IMG/VR virus record: IMGVR_UViG_2657244940_000019
Source of the DNA: a virus
Lineage: Duplodnaviria > Heunggongvirae > Uroviricota > Caudoviricetes
Reading direction: 5' to 3' (one strand)
Length of the DNA stretch: 9,677 nucleotides
A model generated the notes under the pieces. The model saw only the letters and a program-made list of their open reading frames with translations, was not told where the DNA came from and made no database searches. A program made the position numbers and the translations under genes. This document shows positions 1-9,443 of this stretch, one piece after another. The stretch's first letter is position 1. Every line of letters begins with the position of its first letter.

Positions 1-297
1 GTTGTTGCGCACGTATTCGGTGAACGCACTATGGCGACGCTGGGGCGTCTTATGAGCCTGCTGTCACCCTTTGACGTGGTGATATGGATGACGGATGGCT
101 GGCCGCTGTATGAATCCCGCCTGAAGGGAAAGCTGCACGTAATCAGCAAGCGATATACGCAGCGAATTGAGCGGCATAACCTGAATCTGAGGCAGCACCT
201 GGCACGGCTGGGACGGAAGTCGCTGTCGTTCTCAAAATCGGTGGAGCTGCATGACAAAGTCATCGGGCATTATCTGAACATAAAACACTATCAATAA
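1..297 (+). CDS. insB: IS1 transposase InsB, C-terminal fragment (5' end outside window)
   Basis: Frame 1 is open from base 1 and reads ...[51 protein letters not shown]...HYLNIKHYQ, with stop TAA at 295-297; recognised as the InsB C-terminus. Confidence 0.9.
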   Translation, partial: VVAHVFGERTMATLGRLMSLLSPFDVVIWMTDGWPLYESRLKGKLHVISKRYTQRIERHNLNLRQHLARLGRKSLSFSKSVELHDKVIGHYLNIKHYQ

Positions 298-312
298 GTT
301 GGAGTCATTACC
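1..312 (+). mobile_element. IS1 insertion sequence, 3' portion (rest of element lies left of the window)
   Basis: Sequence matches the IS1 right end as I recall it, finishing with the terminal inverted repeat ...ATCAATAAGTTGGAGTCATTACC at 290-312; contains the InsB C-terminus. The reverse complement of the same sequence is found at 9444-9677. Confidence 0.93.
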
Positions 313-387
313 GTGAGCTTCTTCGCCTTCGGCAAGGCCTTCGAAGTATTCTTCGTAAGCCTTTTCCATGATTGTGTCAAAATCCAT
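313..387 (-). pseudogene. 5' fragment (25 codons, MDFDTIMEKAYEEYFEGLAEGEEAH) of a small acidic ORF interrupted by IS1; the frame continues into IS1
   Basis: ATG at 387-385 preceded by AGGTGAGTGAT (Shine-Dalgarno-like); it starts 1 nt after the stop of the upstream small ORF; the IS1 terminus at 312/313 cuts the frame. Identity unknown. Confidence 0.3.
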
Positions 388-388
388 A

Positions 389-625
389 TCACTCACCTGA
401 GTTTCTTTCCAGCCAGCGACGGGCACCATTTTCGGTTTTAAACGTTTTGCTTTTGGTATACGTCATCGCGGTGAACGTACCGTCCTGGTTGGGGAACACG
501 CCACATACCAGAGATTCGCTGTTGCCAAGATCGATAGTATCCATGCTGACCTCATTTCCCCTTAACGCCGGGGTAGCGGAACAAAAACCTGCTGCATAGT
601 TATTAAAGTTGAACCCTGCCGTCAT
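389..625 (-). CDS. Small hypothetical protein in prophage early-left position (78 aa from ATG 625; alternative 51-aa product from ATG 544, which has the stronger GAGGT ribosome-binding site)
   Basis: ORF on the minus strand downstream of a candidate leftward promoter; internal start MDTIDLGNSESLVCGVFPNQDGTFTAMTYTKSKTFKTENGARRWLERNSGE has GAGGT 5 nt upstream. No recognisable domain; resembles the small early-left ORFs of Rac-like prophages (from memory, unverified). Confidence 0.4.
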   Translation of the reverse strand: MTAGFNFNNYAAGFCSATPALRGNEVSMDTIDLGNSESLVCGVFPNQDGTFTAMTYTKSKTFKTENGARRWLERNSGE

Positions 626-723
626 GTTCTTACGCCTCGGGCTGGCTACTTAACCCCTGACCACTGCCTGGTAACTCGAAGTATTGCCCTGCATTCTGTG
701 GGGTGGGGAGAGGGAATGAATGA

Positions 724-752
724 AGTTTAGAAAAATGAACTTTTCAGGTCAA
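724..752 (-). promoter_or_regulatory. Candidate leftward sigma70 promoter (P_L-like): -35 TTGACC (752-747), 17-nt spacer, -10 TAAACT (729-724)
   Basis: Read directly on the minus strand; an operator-like 16-mer lies immediately upstream at 769-754. Confidence 0.35.
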
Positions 753-753
753 T

Positions 754-769
754 GTTTTTTTATCAAAAC
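754..769 (-). promoter_or_regulatory. Operator-like 16-mer GTTTTGATAAAAAAAC (O_L candidate)
   Basis: Same GTTTTGAT....AAAC pattern as the copies at 1476-1491 and 1522-1537 on the other side of the repressor gene. Confidence 0.35.
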
Positions 770-836
770 ATTTTAAGCAGGCAGCTGTTAAGCCATCACC
801 ACGATGGCATACAGTTAATCAAATAGATGAGGTCGG

Positions 837-1475
837 TTAAATATCTTGTTGAATTTTAAAGCATACGCCCAATATGCAAGATAGATCATCCAGCATAATT
901 GAAGGGTAGCGAGGATTCGTGGGGACTAAAAGAATATCCGGCCCTTCTATCTCCAGTTTACGAATGACAGGTGTTGTGGTCCCTTTGGGTAAGGCAAGGA
1001 CAATATTTCCTGGTTGTACGGTTCGATCGGGATCAACAAAAACTGTTGAACCATTTGGGATGGAAACTCCCCCACCAGATGTTGACATACTGTCACTCTC
1101 TAGAACAACTGCAAAGGTATTGGCCGGGATTTCTCCGACAAGCTGCACACAAGAGGTTATTGAGGAATTTTTCATATAATCACTCCAGCTTGCTGCCTGC
1201 TGAAGTGATAGTAGCGGAACCGTTTTTATCGGCGGTAAAGATAGATCAAGCGAATCACCTGTATTTAACTCTCCTCCATTAAGAAGCCAATTTTCGTTTA
1301 CTTTCAATATTTTTGCCAGTGAACTTATGTAACGCGAGGACGGCGCTCCTCCACCGTTCATCCATTGACTTACGGAGCCTTTTGATGCGCCAGTGGCATT
1401 GACAAGGTCTTTGCCTTTCAGGTTTAGCGCATGCATACGTTGGGTTATGCGTTCAGATATTGTTTGCTTGCTCAT
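837..1475 (-). CDS. Phage cI/LexA-like repressor: N-terminal XRE-type helix-turn-helix plus C-terminal S24 self-cleaving peptidase domain (212 aa)
   Basis: Translation MSKQTISERITQRMHALNLKGKDLVNATGASKGSVSQWMNG... (HTH); C-terminal half has the S24 signature: Ser in ...LESDSMSTSGGG... and Lys in ...PVIRKLE.... Divergent from a cro-like gene, with an operator-like array between them. Confidence 0.85.
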   Translation of the reverse strand: MSKQTISERITQRMHALNLKGKDLVNATGASKGSVSQWMNGGGAPSSRYISSLAKILKVNENWLLNGGELNTGDSLDLSLPPIKTVPLLSLQQAASWSDYMKNSSITSCVQLVGEIPANTFAVVLESDSMSTSGGGVSIPNGSTVFVDPDRTVQPGNIVLALPKGTTTPVIRKLEIEGPDILLVPTNPRYPSIMLDDLSCILGVCFKIQQDI

Positions 1476-1537
1476 GTTTTGATTTTAAAACACAGATGGT
1501 TTTGTTTCTTGACTTTCTTTGGTTTTGATTATTAAAC
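1476..1537 (+). promoter_or_regulatory. Operator array between divergent repressor and cro-like genes: three 16-mers starting 23 bp apart (1476 GTTTTGATTTTAAAAC; 1499 GTTTTGTTTCTTGAC, degenerate; 1522 GTTTTGATTATTAAAC)
   Basis: Direct reading; 23-bp phasing (about two helical turns); the motifs overlap candidate promoter elements for both divergent genes. Confidence 0.45.
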
Positions 1538-1538
1538 T
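1509..1538 (+). promoter_or_regulatory. Candidate rightward promoter (P_R-like): -35 TTGACT (1509-1514), 18-nt spacer, -10 TAAACT (1533-1538)
   Basis: Same TTGAC(T/C)...TAAACT architecture as the leftward candidate at 724-752; sits inside operator repeats 2 and 3. Confidence 0.35.
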
Positions 1539-1566
1539 TTTGGCGTTCAGTTTTATGGAGCGACTC

Positions 1567-1809
1567 ATGAAAAAATCAGAAGTATTAGGCTATTTTGGCG
1601 GAGTTGTTAAAACAGCCGCAGCTCTAGGAACGTCAAAAACCACAGTCAGCATGTGGGGGGAAGAGGTTCCGTGGAAATGGGCGTTGCTAATTCAGGCAGT
1701 CACTGCCGGGGCGCTCAAATATGAGTTACACATACCGACGGTTGTCATTCCCGGTTCTGATCATAATCCGCCTTCTAACCAAGGGGGGATTCATGAAAAT
1801 CAAGCATGA
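1567..1809 (+). CDS. Cro-like small HTH protein (YdaS/Cro family-like), 80 aa
   Basis: ATG 1567 preceded by GGAG (1557-1560); MKKSEVLGYFGGVVKTAAALGTSKTTVSMWGEEVPWKWALLIQAVTAGALKYEL... shows the G..K.A..LG.S...VS.W pattern of Cro/YdaS-type proteins; divergent from the repressor. Confidence 0.7.
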   Translation: MKKSEVLGYFGGVVKTAAALGTSKTTVSMWGEEVPWKWALLIQAVTAGALKYELHIPTVVIPGSDHNPPSNQGGIHENQA

Positions 1810-2008
1810 ACACATCCGCATGGCGATGAATGCCTGGGCGCGTCCTGATGGCGAAAAAGTTCCGGCAGCTGGAATAACCCAGGCTTATTTTGAGTTGGGT
1901 ATGACGTTTCCTGAACTGTACGACGACAGCCATCCGGAAGCCCTGGCTCGCAATACCCAGAAAATTTTCCGCTGTACATATGATCGCGGTTTGAGGAAAG
2001 GGTTATGA
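1793..2008 (+). CDS. Small protein in the cII position of the immunity region (71 aa); function uncertain
   Basis: ATG 1793 with strong purine-rich ribosome-binding site AAGGGGGG; overlaps the cro-like gene by 17 nt and its stop TGA (2006-2008) overlaps the mazE ATG (2005-2007). The C-terminal part could be fortuitous read-through of mazE upstream sequence. Confidence 0.5.
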
Positions 2009-2253
2009 TCCACAGTAGCGTAAAGCGTTGGGGAAATTCACCGGCGGTGCGGATCCCGGCTACGTTAATGCAGGCGCTCAATCTGAATATTGATGATGAA
2101 GTGAAGATTGACCTGGTGGATGGCAAATTAATTATTGAGCCAGTGCGTAAAGAGCCCGTATTTACGCTTGCTGAACTGGTCAACGACATCACGCCGGAAA
2201 ACCTCCACGAGAATATCGACTGGGGGGAGCCGAAAGATAAGGAAGTCTGGTAA
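2005..2253 (+). CDS. mazE: Antitoxin MazE (ChpAI)
   Basis: 82-aa translation [82 protein letters not shown] recognised as E. coli MazE; stop overlaps the mazF start (TAATG). Confidence 0.97.
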
Positions 2254-2588
2254 TGGTAAGCCGATACGTACCCGATACGGGCGATCTGATTTGGGTTGAT
2301 TTTGACCCGACAAAAGGTAGCGAGCAAGCCGGACATCGTCCGGCTGTTGTCCTGAGTCCGTTCATGTACAACAACAAAACAGGTATGTGTCTGTGTGTTC
2401 CTTGTACAACGCAATCAAAAGGATATCCGTTCGAAGTTGTTCTATCCGGTCAGGAACGTGATGGCGTAGCGTTAGCTGATCAGGTAAAAAGTATCGCCTG
2501 GCGGGCAAGAGGAGCAACGAAGAAAGGAACAGTTGCCCCAGAGGAATTACAACTCATTAAAGCCAAAATTAACGTGCTGATTGGGTAG
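2253..2588 (+). CDS. mazF: mRNA interferase toxin MazF (ChpAK)
   Basis: 111-aa translation [51 protein letters not shown]... recognised as MazF; codon 9 is ACG (Thr) where I recall Met in the K-12 protein. Confidence 0.97.
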   Translation: MVSRYVPDTGDLIWVDFDPTKGSEQAGHRPAVVLSPFMYNNKTGMCLCVPCTTQSKGYPFEVVLSGQERDGVALADQVKSIAWRARGATKKGTVAPEELQLIKAKINVLIG

Positions 2589-2659
2589 GTGTTACTAACT
2601 CACTTCTATTCTGGTCACAGGTTTCCACCTGACAGACCCGCAATTTTCAGGATAATTCA

Positions 2660-3451
2660 ATGAATCAAATCGACCGTTTGCTCACCATCATGCAGCGCCT
2701 GCGCGACCCGGAAAACGGCTGCCCGTGGGATAAAGAGCAGACATTTGCCACCATTGCGCCTTACACCCTTGAAGAAACCTACGAGGTGCTGGACGCCATC
2801 GCCCGTGAAGATTTTGACGATCTGCGCGGTGAACTGGGCGATCTGCTGTTCCAGGTGGTGTTTTACGCACAAATGGCTCAGGAAGAAGGGCGCTTTGACT
2901 TTAATGATATTTGCGCTGCTATTAGCGATAAATTAGAGCGTCGCCATCCGCATGTTTTTGCTGACAGTTCTGCCGAAAATAGTAGTGAAGTGCTTGCCCG
3001 TTGGGAGCAAATCAAAACCGAAGAGCGCGCGCAGAAAGCGCAGCATTCGGCGCTGGACGATATTCCTCGTAGTTTACCGGCTTTAATGCGTGCGCAAAAA
3101 ATCCAGAAACGTTGCGCCAACGTTGGTTTCGACTGGACGACGCTTGGTCCGGTAGTCGATAAAGTCTACGAAGAGATCGACGAGGTGATGTACGAGGCGC
3201 GGCAGGCTGTTGTCGACCAGGCTAAACTGGAGGAGGAAATGGGTGACCTGCTGTTTGCCACGGTCAATCTGGCTCGTCATTTAGGGACAAAAGCGGAAAT
3301 CGCATTGCAAAAAGCGAACGAAAAATTCGAGCGTCGTTTTCGCGAAGTGGAGCGTATTGTTGCCGCGCGTGGACTGGAAATGACAGGTGTTGACCTCGAA
3401 ACAATGGAAGAAGTCTGGCAACAGGTAAAACGGCAGGAAATTGATCTCTAA
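2660..3451 (+). CDS. mazG: Nucleoside triphosphate pyrophosphohydrolase MazG
   Basis: 263-aa translation MNQIDRLLTIMQRLRDPENGCPWDKEQTFATIAPYTLEETYEVLDAIA... with two MazG-type repeats; conserved position after mazEF. Confidence 0.96.
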   Translation: MNQIDRLLTIMQRLRDPENGCPWDKEQTFATIAPYTLEETYEVLDAIAREDFDDLRGELGDLLFQVVFYAQMAQEEGRFDFNDICAAISDKLERRHPHVFADSSAENSSEVLARWEQIKTEERAQKAQHSALDDIPRSLPALMRAQKIQKRCANVGFDWTTLGPVVDKVYEEIDEVMYEARQAVVDQAKLEEEMGDLLFATVNLARHLGTKAEIALQKANEKFERRFREVERIVAARGLEMTGVDLETMEEVWQQVKRQEIDL

Positions 3452-3464
3452 GGGAATTACGCGG

Positions 3465-3506
3465 TCAAGCGCGATTTGTGTCATTTTTTAAATGACAAGC
3501 GCTTGA
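3465..3506 (+). terminator. Interrupted hairpin 14 nt after the mazG stop (outer arms TCAAGCGC / GCGCTTGA, inner arms GTCATTT / AAATGAC), followed by TTTG; candidate mazG terminator or attenuator
   Basis: Inverted repeats read directly; the downstream T-tract is weak, so function is uncertain. Confidence 0.3.
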
Positions 3507-3594
3507 TTTGCGTCAAAAACATTTACCCCAAAGGGGCTATTTTCTCACTCCTGATTTCAATAGTGCGCTGGCGAAGAGGAGGGATAATGAAAGT

Positions 3595-3623
3595 TTGTGG
3601 CACAGGTCATGTTCGGGTATACT
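3595..3623 (+). promoter_or_regulatory. Candidate pyrG promoter: -35 TTGTGG (3595-3600), 17-nt spacer, -10 TATACT (3618-3623)
   Basis: Good -10 hexamer about 55 nt upstream of the pyrG ATG; weak -35. Motif-based only. Confidence 0.3.
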
Positions 3624-3663
3624 GCTTTCCCGTCCTGGTTATTCCATCGTCTTTTCAACCTAA

Positions 3664-5316
<1,653 letters not shown>

Positions 5317-5335
5317 GTAAAAAAGTTAGAACGGC

Positions 5336-5358
5336 AACGCGTACCCTGGGTACGCGTT
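5336..5358 (+). other. Perfect hairpin AACGCGTACC-CTG-GGTACGCGTT in the pyrG-eno intergenic region, followed by GTTTGT
   Basis: 10-bp perfect inverted repeat read directly; 20 nt after the pyrG stop and 45 nt before the eno ATG. Candidate partial terminator or RNA processing/stability element. Confidence 0.45.
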
Positions 5359-5388
5359 GTTTGTCTGGAGTTTCAGTTTAACTAGTGA

Positions 5389-6702
<1,314 letters not shown>

Positions 6703-6721
6703 GTCTGACTTTATCTGATTT

Positions 6722-6752
6722 AAAAATGCCAGCCTTCGGGCTGGCATTTTTT
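6722..6752. terminator. Bidirectional rho-independent terminator shared by convergent eno and ygcG: AAAAATGCCAGCC-TTCG-GGCTGGCATTTTTT
   Basis: 9-bp GC-rich stem, 4-nt loop, A-tract upstream and T-tract downstream, lying between the eno stop (6700-6702) and the ygcG stop (6762-6764). Confidence 0.85.
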
Positions 6753-6761
6753 ATGGTTGAG

Positions 6762-7634
6762 TTACCAGCGACCGGACGCGCCGCCACCGCCAGAAGAACC
6801 GCCCCCGCCGCTAAATCCGCCGCCACTTGAGCCACCACCGGAACCGCTGTTGTCTGAATGATAACTTCTACCAGATGCTTTTTTCTGAAGTACACATAAA
6901 CAGGTAAAGACCATAATGGTGGTGAAAGTAAAAAAGAAGAAAAATACAGCAATGGAAAAAGTTTTATCGGAGAACAGGAATAAATCTAAAAGATAGATTG
7001 CTGAAATACAGACACTGCTTTTACATGCGCGACAAAAATTACTGCCTTGATGAAAAAACCAGAAAGGGAAGAACATCACTGCAAATACCCAAAAAATAGC
7101 AAAGTAGTAATGATCGCTGGAAGATGCTGATTCACTTTCTGAAGGATTAACCGAATATTGGTGTTGTGAAGTGAGTCGGTTATTCAAAGCGATTATAGCT
7201 AACTCTAATCCCTTAGCTAATTTTTGTTGTTTAAATGCGGGTATCATGTTGCTACGGATGATATCTCCAGCCAGAGCGTCGGTTACCTTTTCTTCCAGCC
7301 CATAACCTACCTGGATGCGGACAGTGCGATCCGACCAGGCAACAATGATCAGTATCCCATCATTACGTTTGGCATCTCCTAAACGCCAATTGTCAAAAAC
7401 CCTTGTAGCATATTGTTCAATGGAATCGTCTCCGGTGGACGGCACTACTAATACAGCGACCTGCGCCCGTGTTTTATGTGTAATATCCTGCAGTTGCTGT
7501 GTCAGTGATTGTTGTTCAGAAGTGCTTAACGTACCAGTAATATCGGTCACCTGTTGGCGCAGTTCCGGCACAGCAATTTGCTGGGCAAGCCCAGGAAGGC
7601 ACCACAAAGTGAATAGAATAAAGATTAAGCGCAT
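6762..7634 (-). CDS. ygcG: TPM-domain membrane protein, YgcG-like (290 aa from ATG 7634; an in-frame TTG at 7646 would give 294 aa)
   Basis: Signal peptide [22 protein letters not shown]-type domain (...[37 protein letters not shown]...), hydrophobic transmembrane segments, and Gly-rich C-terminus ...[25 protein letters not shown]. Position convergent with eno matches K-12 ygcG from memory; exact identity not verified. Confidence 0.8.
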   Translation of the reverse strand: MRLIFILFTLWCLPGLAQQIAVPELRQQVTDITGTLSTSEQQSLTQQLQDITHKTRAQVAVLVVPSTGDDSIEQYATRVFDNWRLGDAKRNDGILIIVAWSDRTVRIQVGYGLEEKVTDALAGDIIRSNMIPAFKQQKLAKGLELAIIALNNRLTSQHQYSVNPSESESASSSDHYYFAIFWVFAVMFFPFWFFHQGSNFCRACKSSVCISAIYLLDLFLFSDKTFSIAVFFFFFTFTTIMVFTCLCVLQKKASGRSYHSDNSGSGGGSSGGGFSGGGGSSGGGGASGRW

Positions 7635-7639
7635 TACGA

Positions 7640-8782
7640 TCACCAACGGTCGGATGAACCGCCGCCTCCTGAAGAACCGCCACCACCGCGGAAAGAATTT
7701 CTCGACGAAGAGCGAGAATGAGCATGAGCATTACGATTCCCCATTTTCCTGTTGCTTTTTTCTCCTGACCCCAGCTTAAGATTGCCAGTAAATTTGGCCA
7801 CAATGATCAGCAGAACGATGCCAGCAATGGTTATTGGGCCGATAAAATGATCAATTAACCCAATAATTGTTGAGATGAATGCAATATCTTTATTACTGGC
7901 GAACACCAGGCACCATCCCACAATAATTATCAGCATCACGACAAACAATGAATTTCGTCCTGATTCACGAAATTGCGGAGTCTTCTTTTGTTTTTTCACT
8001 TTAGCGTTTTTATTTTTTGGGGCCAGCATCATAGGAAATACGCGGCACATATTAAAAACTACTGCGAGACGCTGCCAGCAGATTGCTGCGAAAAATAAAC
8101 TAAAACAAACGACCGACACCCGCCGAATGATGACATCGTCCTGAAAGCAGAAAAACCAGACCGTAGGTGTAATCATTGATATCATCCATATGCCAGGTCC
8201 TGGACGGCTGGTAAATCGCCAGAGGACAATGATGGCAACGATCATCAGCACTGTCCAGGCAAGGCATGGCAGCGAAAGTTGCGGATTAGCAAACAGATGA
8301 TTGGCTAAAGCATCCAAAGGGCTAAGGTTCGCTTTGATATGGGTAAACTGTGCGATGCTTTCAATTCCGCCCGTTAATCCAGCAAAGAGATTGTTTTTTT
8401 CGAATTCTGGCTGCATATGGTAACGAACAATTTGCGCAGCTTGTTCCGGCGGCAACATCTGTTCCAGTCCATGTCCAATCTTCATTGACGCCAGCCCTTC
8501 CGGCCAAACGACGAGAATTAAGATACCTTCGCCATATCGCTTCTCTCCAACGGGTTTCCAGTGATATACCCCGTATCTCTGCGAGGCTGCAAGTTTAATG
8601 TTTTTGCCCCCTGTTGTCGGCGTAACCAACACGGCCACCTGGAAGTGGTTTTGCTGCTCGAGAGTCTGTAAAGCACTTTGTTCTTCTGTCGTTAATGTCC
8701 CGGTTAAGTCAGTCACTGAAGGCAATCGTTCAGCGAATACCTGAAAACCGCATAGCATCAGAAGTAAGAGAAAAATACGCAT
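7640..8782 (-). CDS. TPM-domain paralog with expanded polytopic membrane region (380 aa)
   Basis: Signal peptide [20 protein letters not shown]-type core (...[25 protein letters not shown]...), at least four hydrophobic helices separated by a Lys-rich loop ([23 protein letters not shown]), and tail ...[16 protein letters not shown]. Ribosome-binding site AAGGA before ATG 8782; its stop lies 5 nt before the ygcG start. Confidence 0.78.
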   Translation of the reverse strand: MRIFLLLLMLCGFQVFAERLPSVTDLTGTLTTEEQSALQTLEQQNHFQVAVLVTPTTGGKNIKLAASQRYGVYHWKPVGEKRYGEGILILVVWPEGLASMKIGHGLEQMLPPEQAAQIVRYHMQPEFEKNNLFAGLTGGIESIAQFTHIKANLSPLDALANHLFANPQLSLPCLAWTVLMIVAIIVLWRFTSRPGPGIWMISMITPTVWFFCFQDDVIIRRVSVVCFSLFFAAICWQRLAVVFNMCRVFPMMLAPKNKNAKVKKQKKTPQFRESGRNSLFVVMLIIIVGWCLVFASNKDIAFISTIIGLIDHFIGPITIAGIVLLIIVAKFTGNLKLGSGEKSNRKMGNRNAHAHSRSSSRNSFRGGGGSSGGGGSSDRW

Positions 8783-8796
8783 ATCAATTCCTTTTG

Positions 8797-9443
8797 TTAC
8801 CAGCGCCCGGAAGCGCCACCGCCACCAGATGAACCGCCACCACCGCTAAAATTGTCATTGTCGAATGAAGAGGATGACGATGATGAATAGTGGGAGGAAG
8901 AATTGCTTCTTGTATGGCGTGATGGCTGGTTGGCATCACGCATCGAATCCCGAACCTTTTTGCCGAAGGGGGTAAAAGCGATGGCAACTGCCAGAAACGG
9001 TGTGGCGAAGCAGAGTAATGTTGTGAGTACTCCCCAGCTTCCGCTGAAACCTGCTATAGGTAAAACAAAGGCCAGTACAATGGCTGCGAAGCAAATTACT
9101 CCCAACGTTTTGATATATCCTCTGGCAGAAATAAACGTCAGTATTATCGCCCAGACTAATAAAGCCCACCAACCGCTAAAGGGCAAAGGGTGATCGGTCG
9201 GTGTTATCGTTGCTGAATTATTCCCCGTCAGGCGACTTTCAATATCGTTGATCCCCTTTTGTAAACCACCAGCCAGGTCGCCTTTTTTAAATGCCGGAAT
9301 AATACTGTTGCGAATAATTTTCCCGGACTGTGCATCCGTAATAATACCTTCCAGCCCGTAACCGATTTCAATACGCACGGTATGATCCTGCCAGGCGACT
9401 AACAGTAGAACGCCATCATCACGGTCTTTATCACCCGGTTTCC
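8797..9443 (-). pseudogene. Third TPM-domain paralog, 5'-truncated by IS1 (about 80 N-terminal codons missing, including the signal peptide)
   Basis: The frame is open from the IS1 junction (9443/9444): ...KPGDKDRDDGVLLLVAWQDHTVRIEIGYGLEGIITDAQSGKIIRNSIIPAFKKGDLAGG... aligns with YgcG residues about 88 onward; then membrane helices, a Ser-rich stretch and tail ...[17 protein letters not shown]. The first possible start inside the native part is GTG at 9378. Confidence 0.75.

Noticed and set aside
792-808. Hairpin GCCATC-ACCAC-GATGGC downstream of the repressor stop as its terminator
   Set aside because: Short 6-bp stem without an adjacent U-tract on the minus strand; too weak to call a terminator.
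919-1282. Two plus-strand ORFs (86 and 103 aa) inside the repressor gene
   Set aside because: Antisense to the cI-like repressor, whose HTH and S24 motifs make it the credible reading frame.
1793-2008. Possibility that the ORF upstream of mazE is the 3' end of relA
   Set aside because: The translation does not resemble the RelA C-terminal (ACT/regulatory) region as I recall it, and the ORF has its own strong ribosome-binding site and ATG only 71 codons upstream; relA appears to be absent from the window. This is kept as a finding rather than annotated as relA.
1800-2414. 204-aa minus-strand ORF across the cII-position ORF, mazE and mazF
   Set aside because: Antisense to well-recognised MazE and MazF coding sequences; Ser/Arg/Thr-rich translation without domain-like features; shadow ORF.
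7315-8144. Plus-strand ORFs (154 and 89 aa) inside the TPM paralog genes
   Set aside because: Antisense to frames that carry signal peptide, TPM core and conserved tail; no independent support.
6764-8860. Gly-rich repeat DNA considered as a CRISPR-like or other non-coding repeat array
   Set aside because: The repeats are only three, about 1 kb apart, diverged, and each lies in-frame at the 3' end of a protein-coding gene; there are no short regularly spaced repeat-spacer units.
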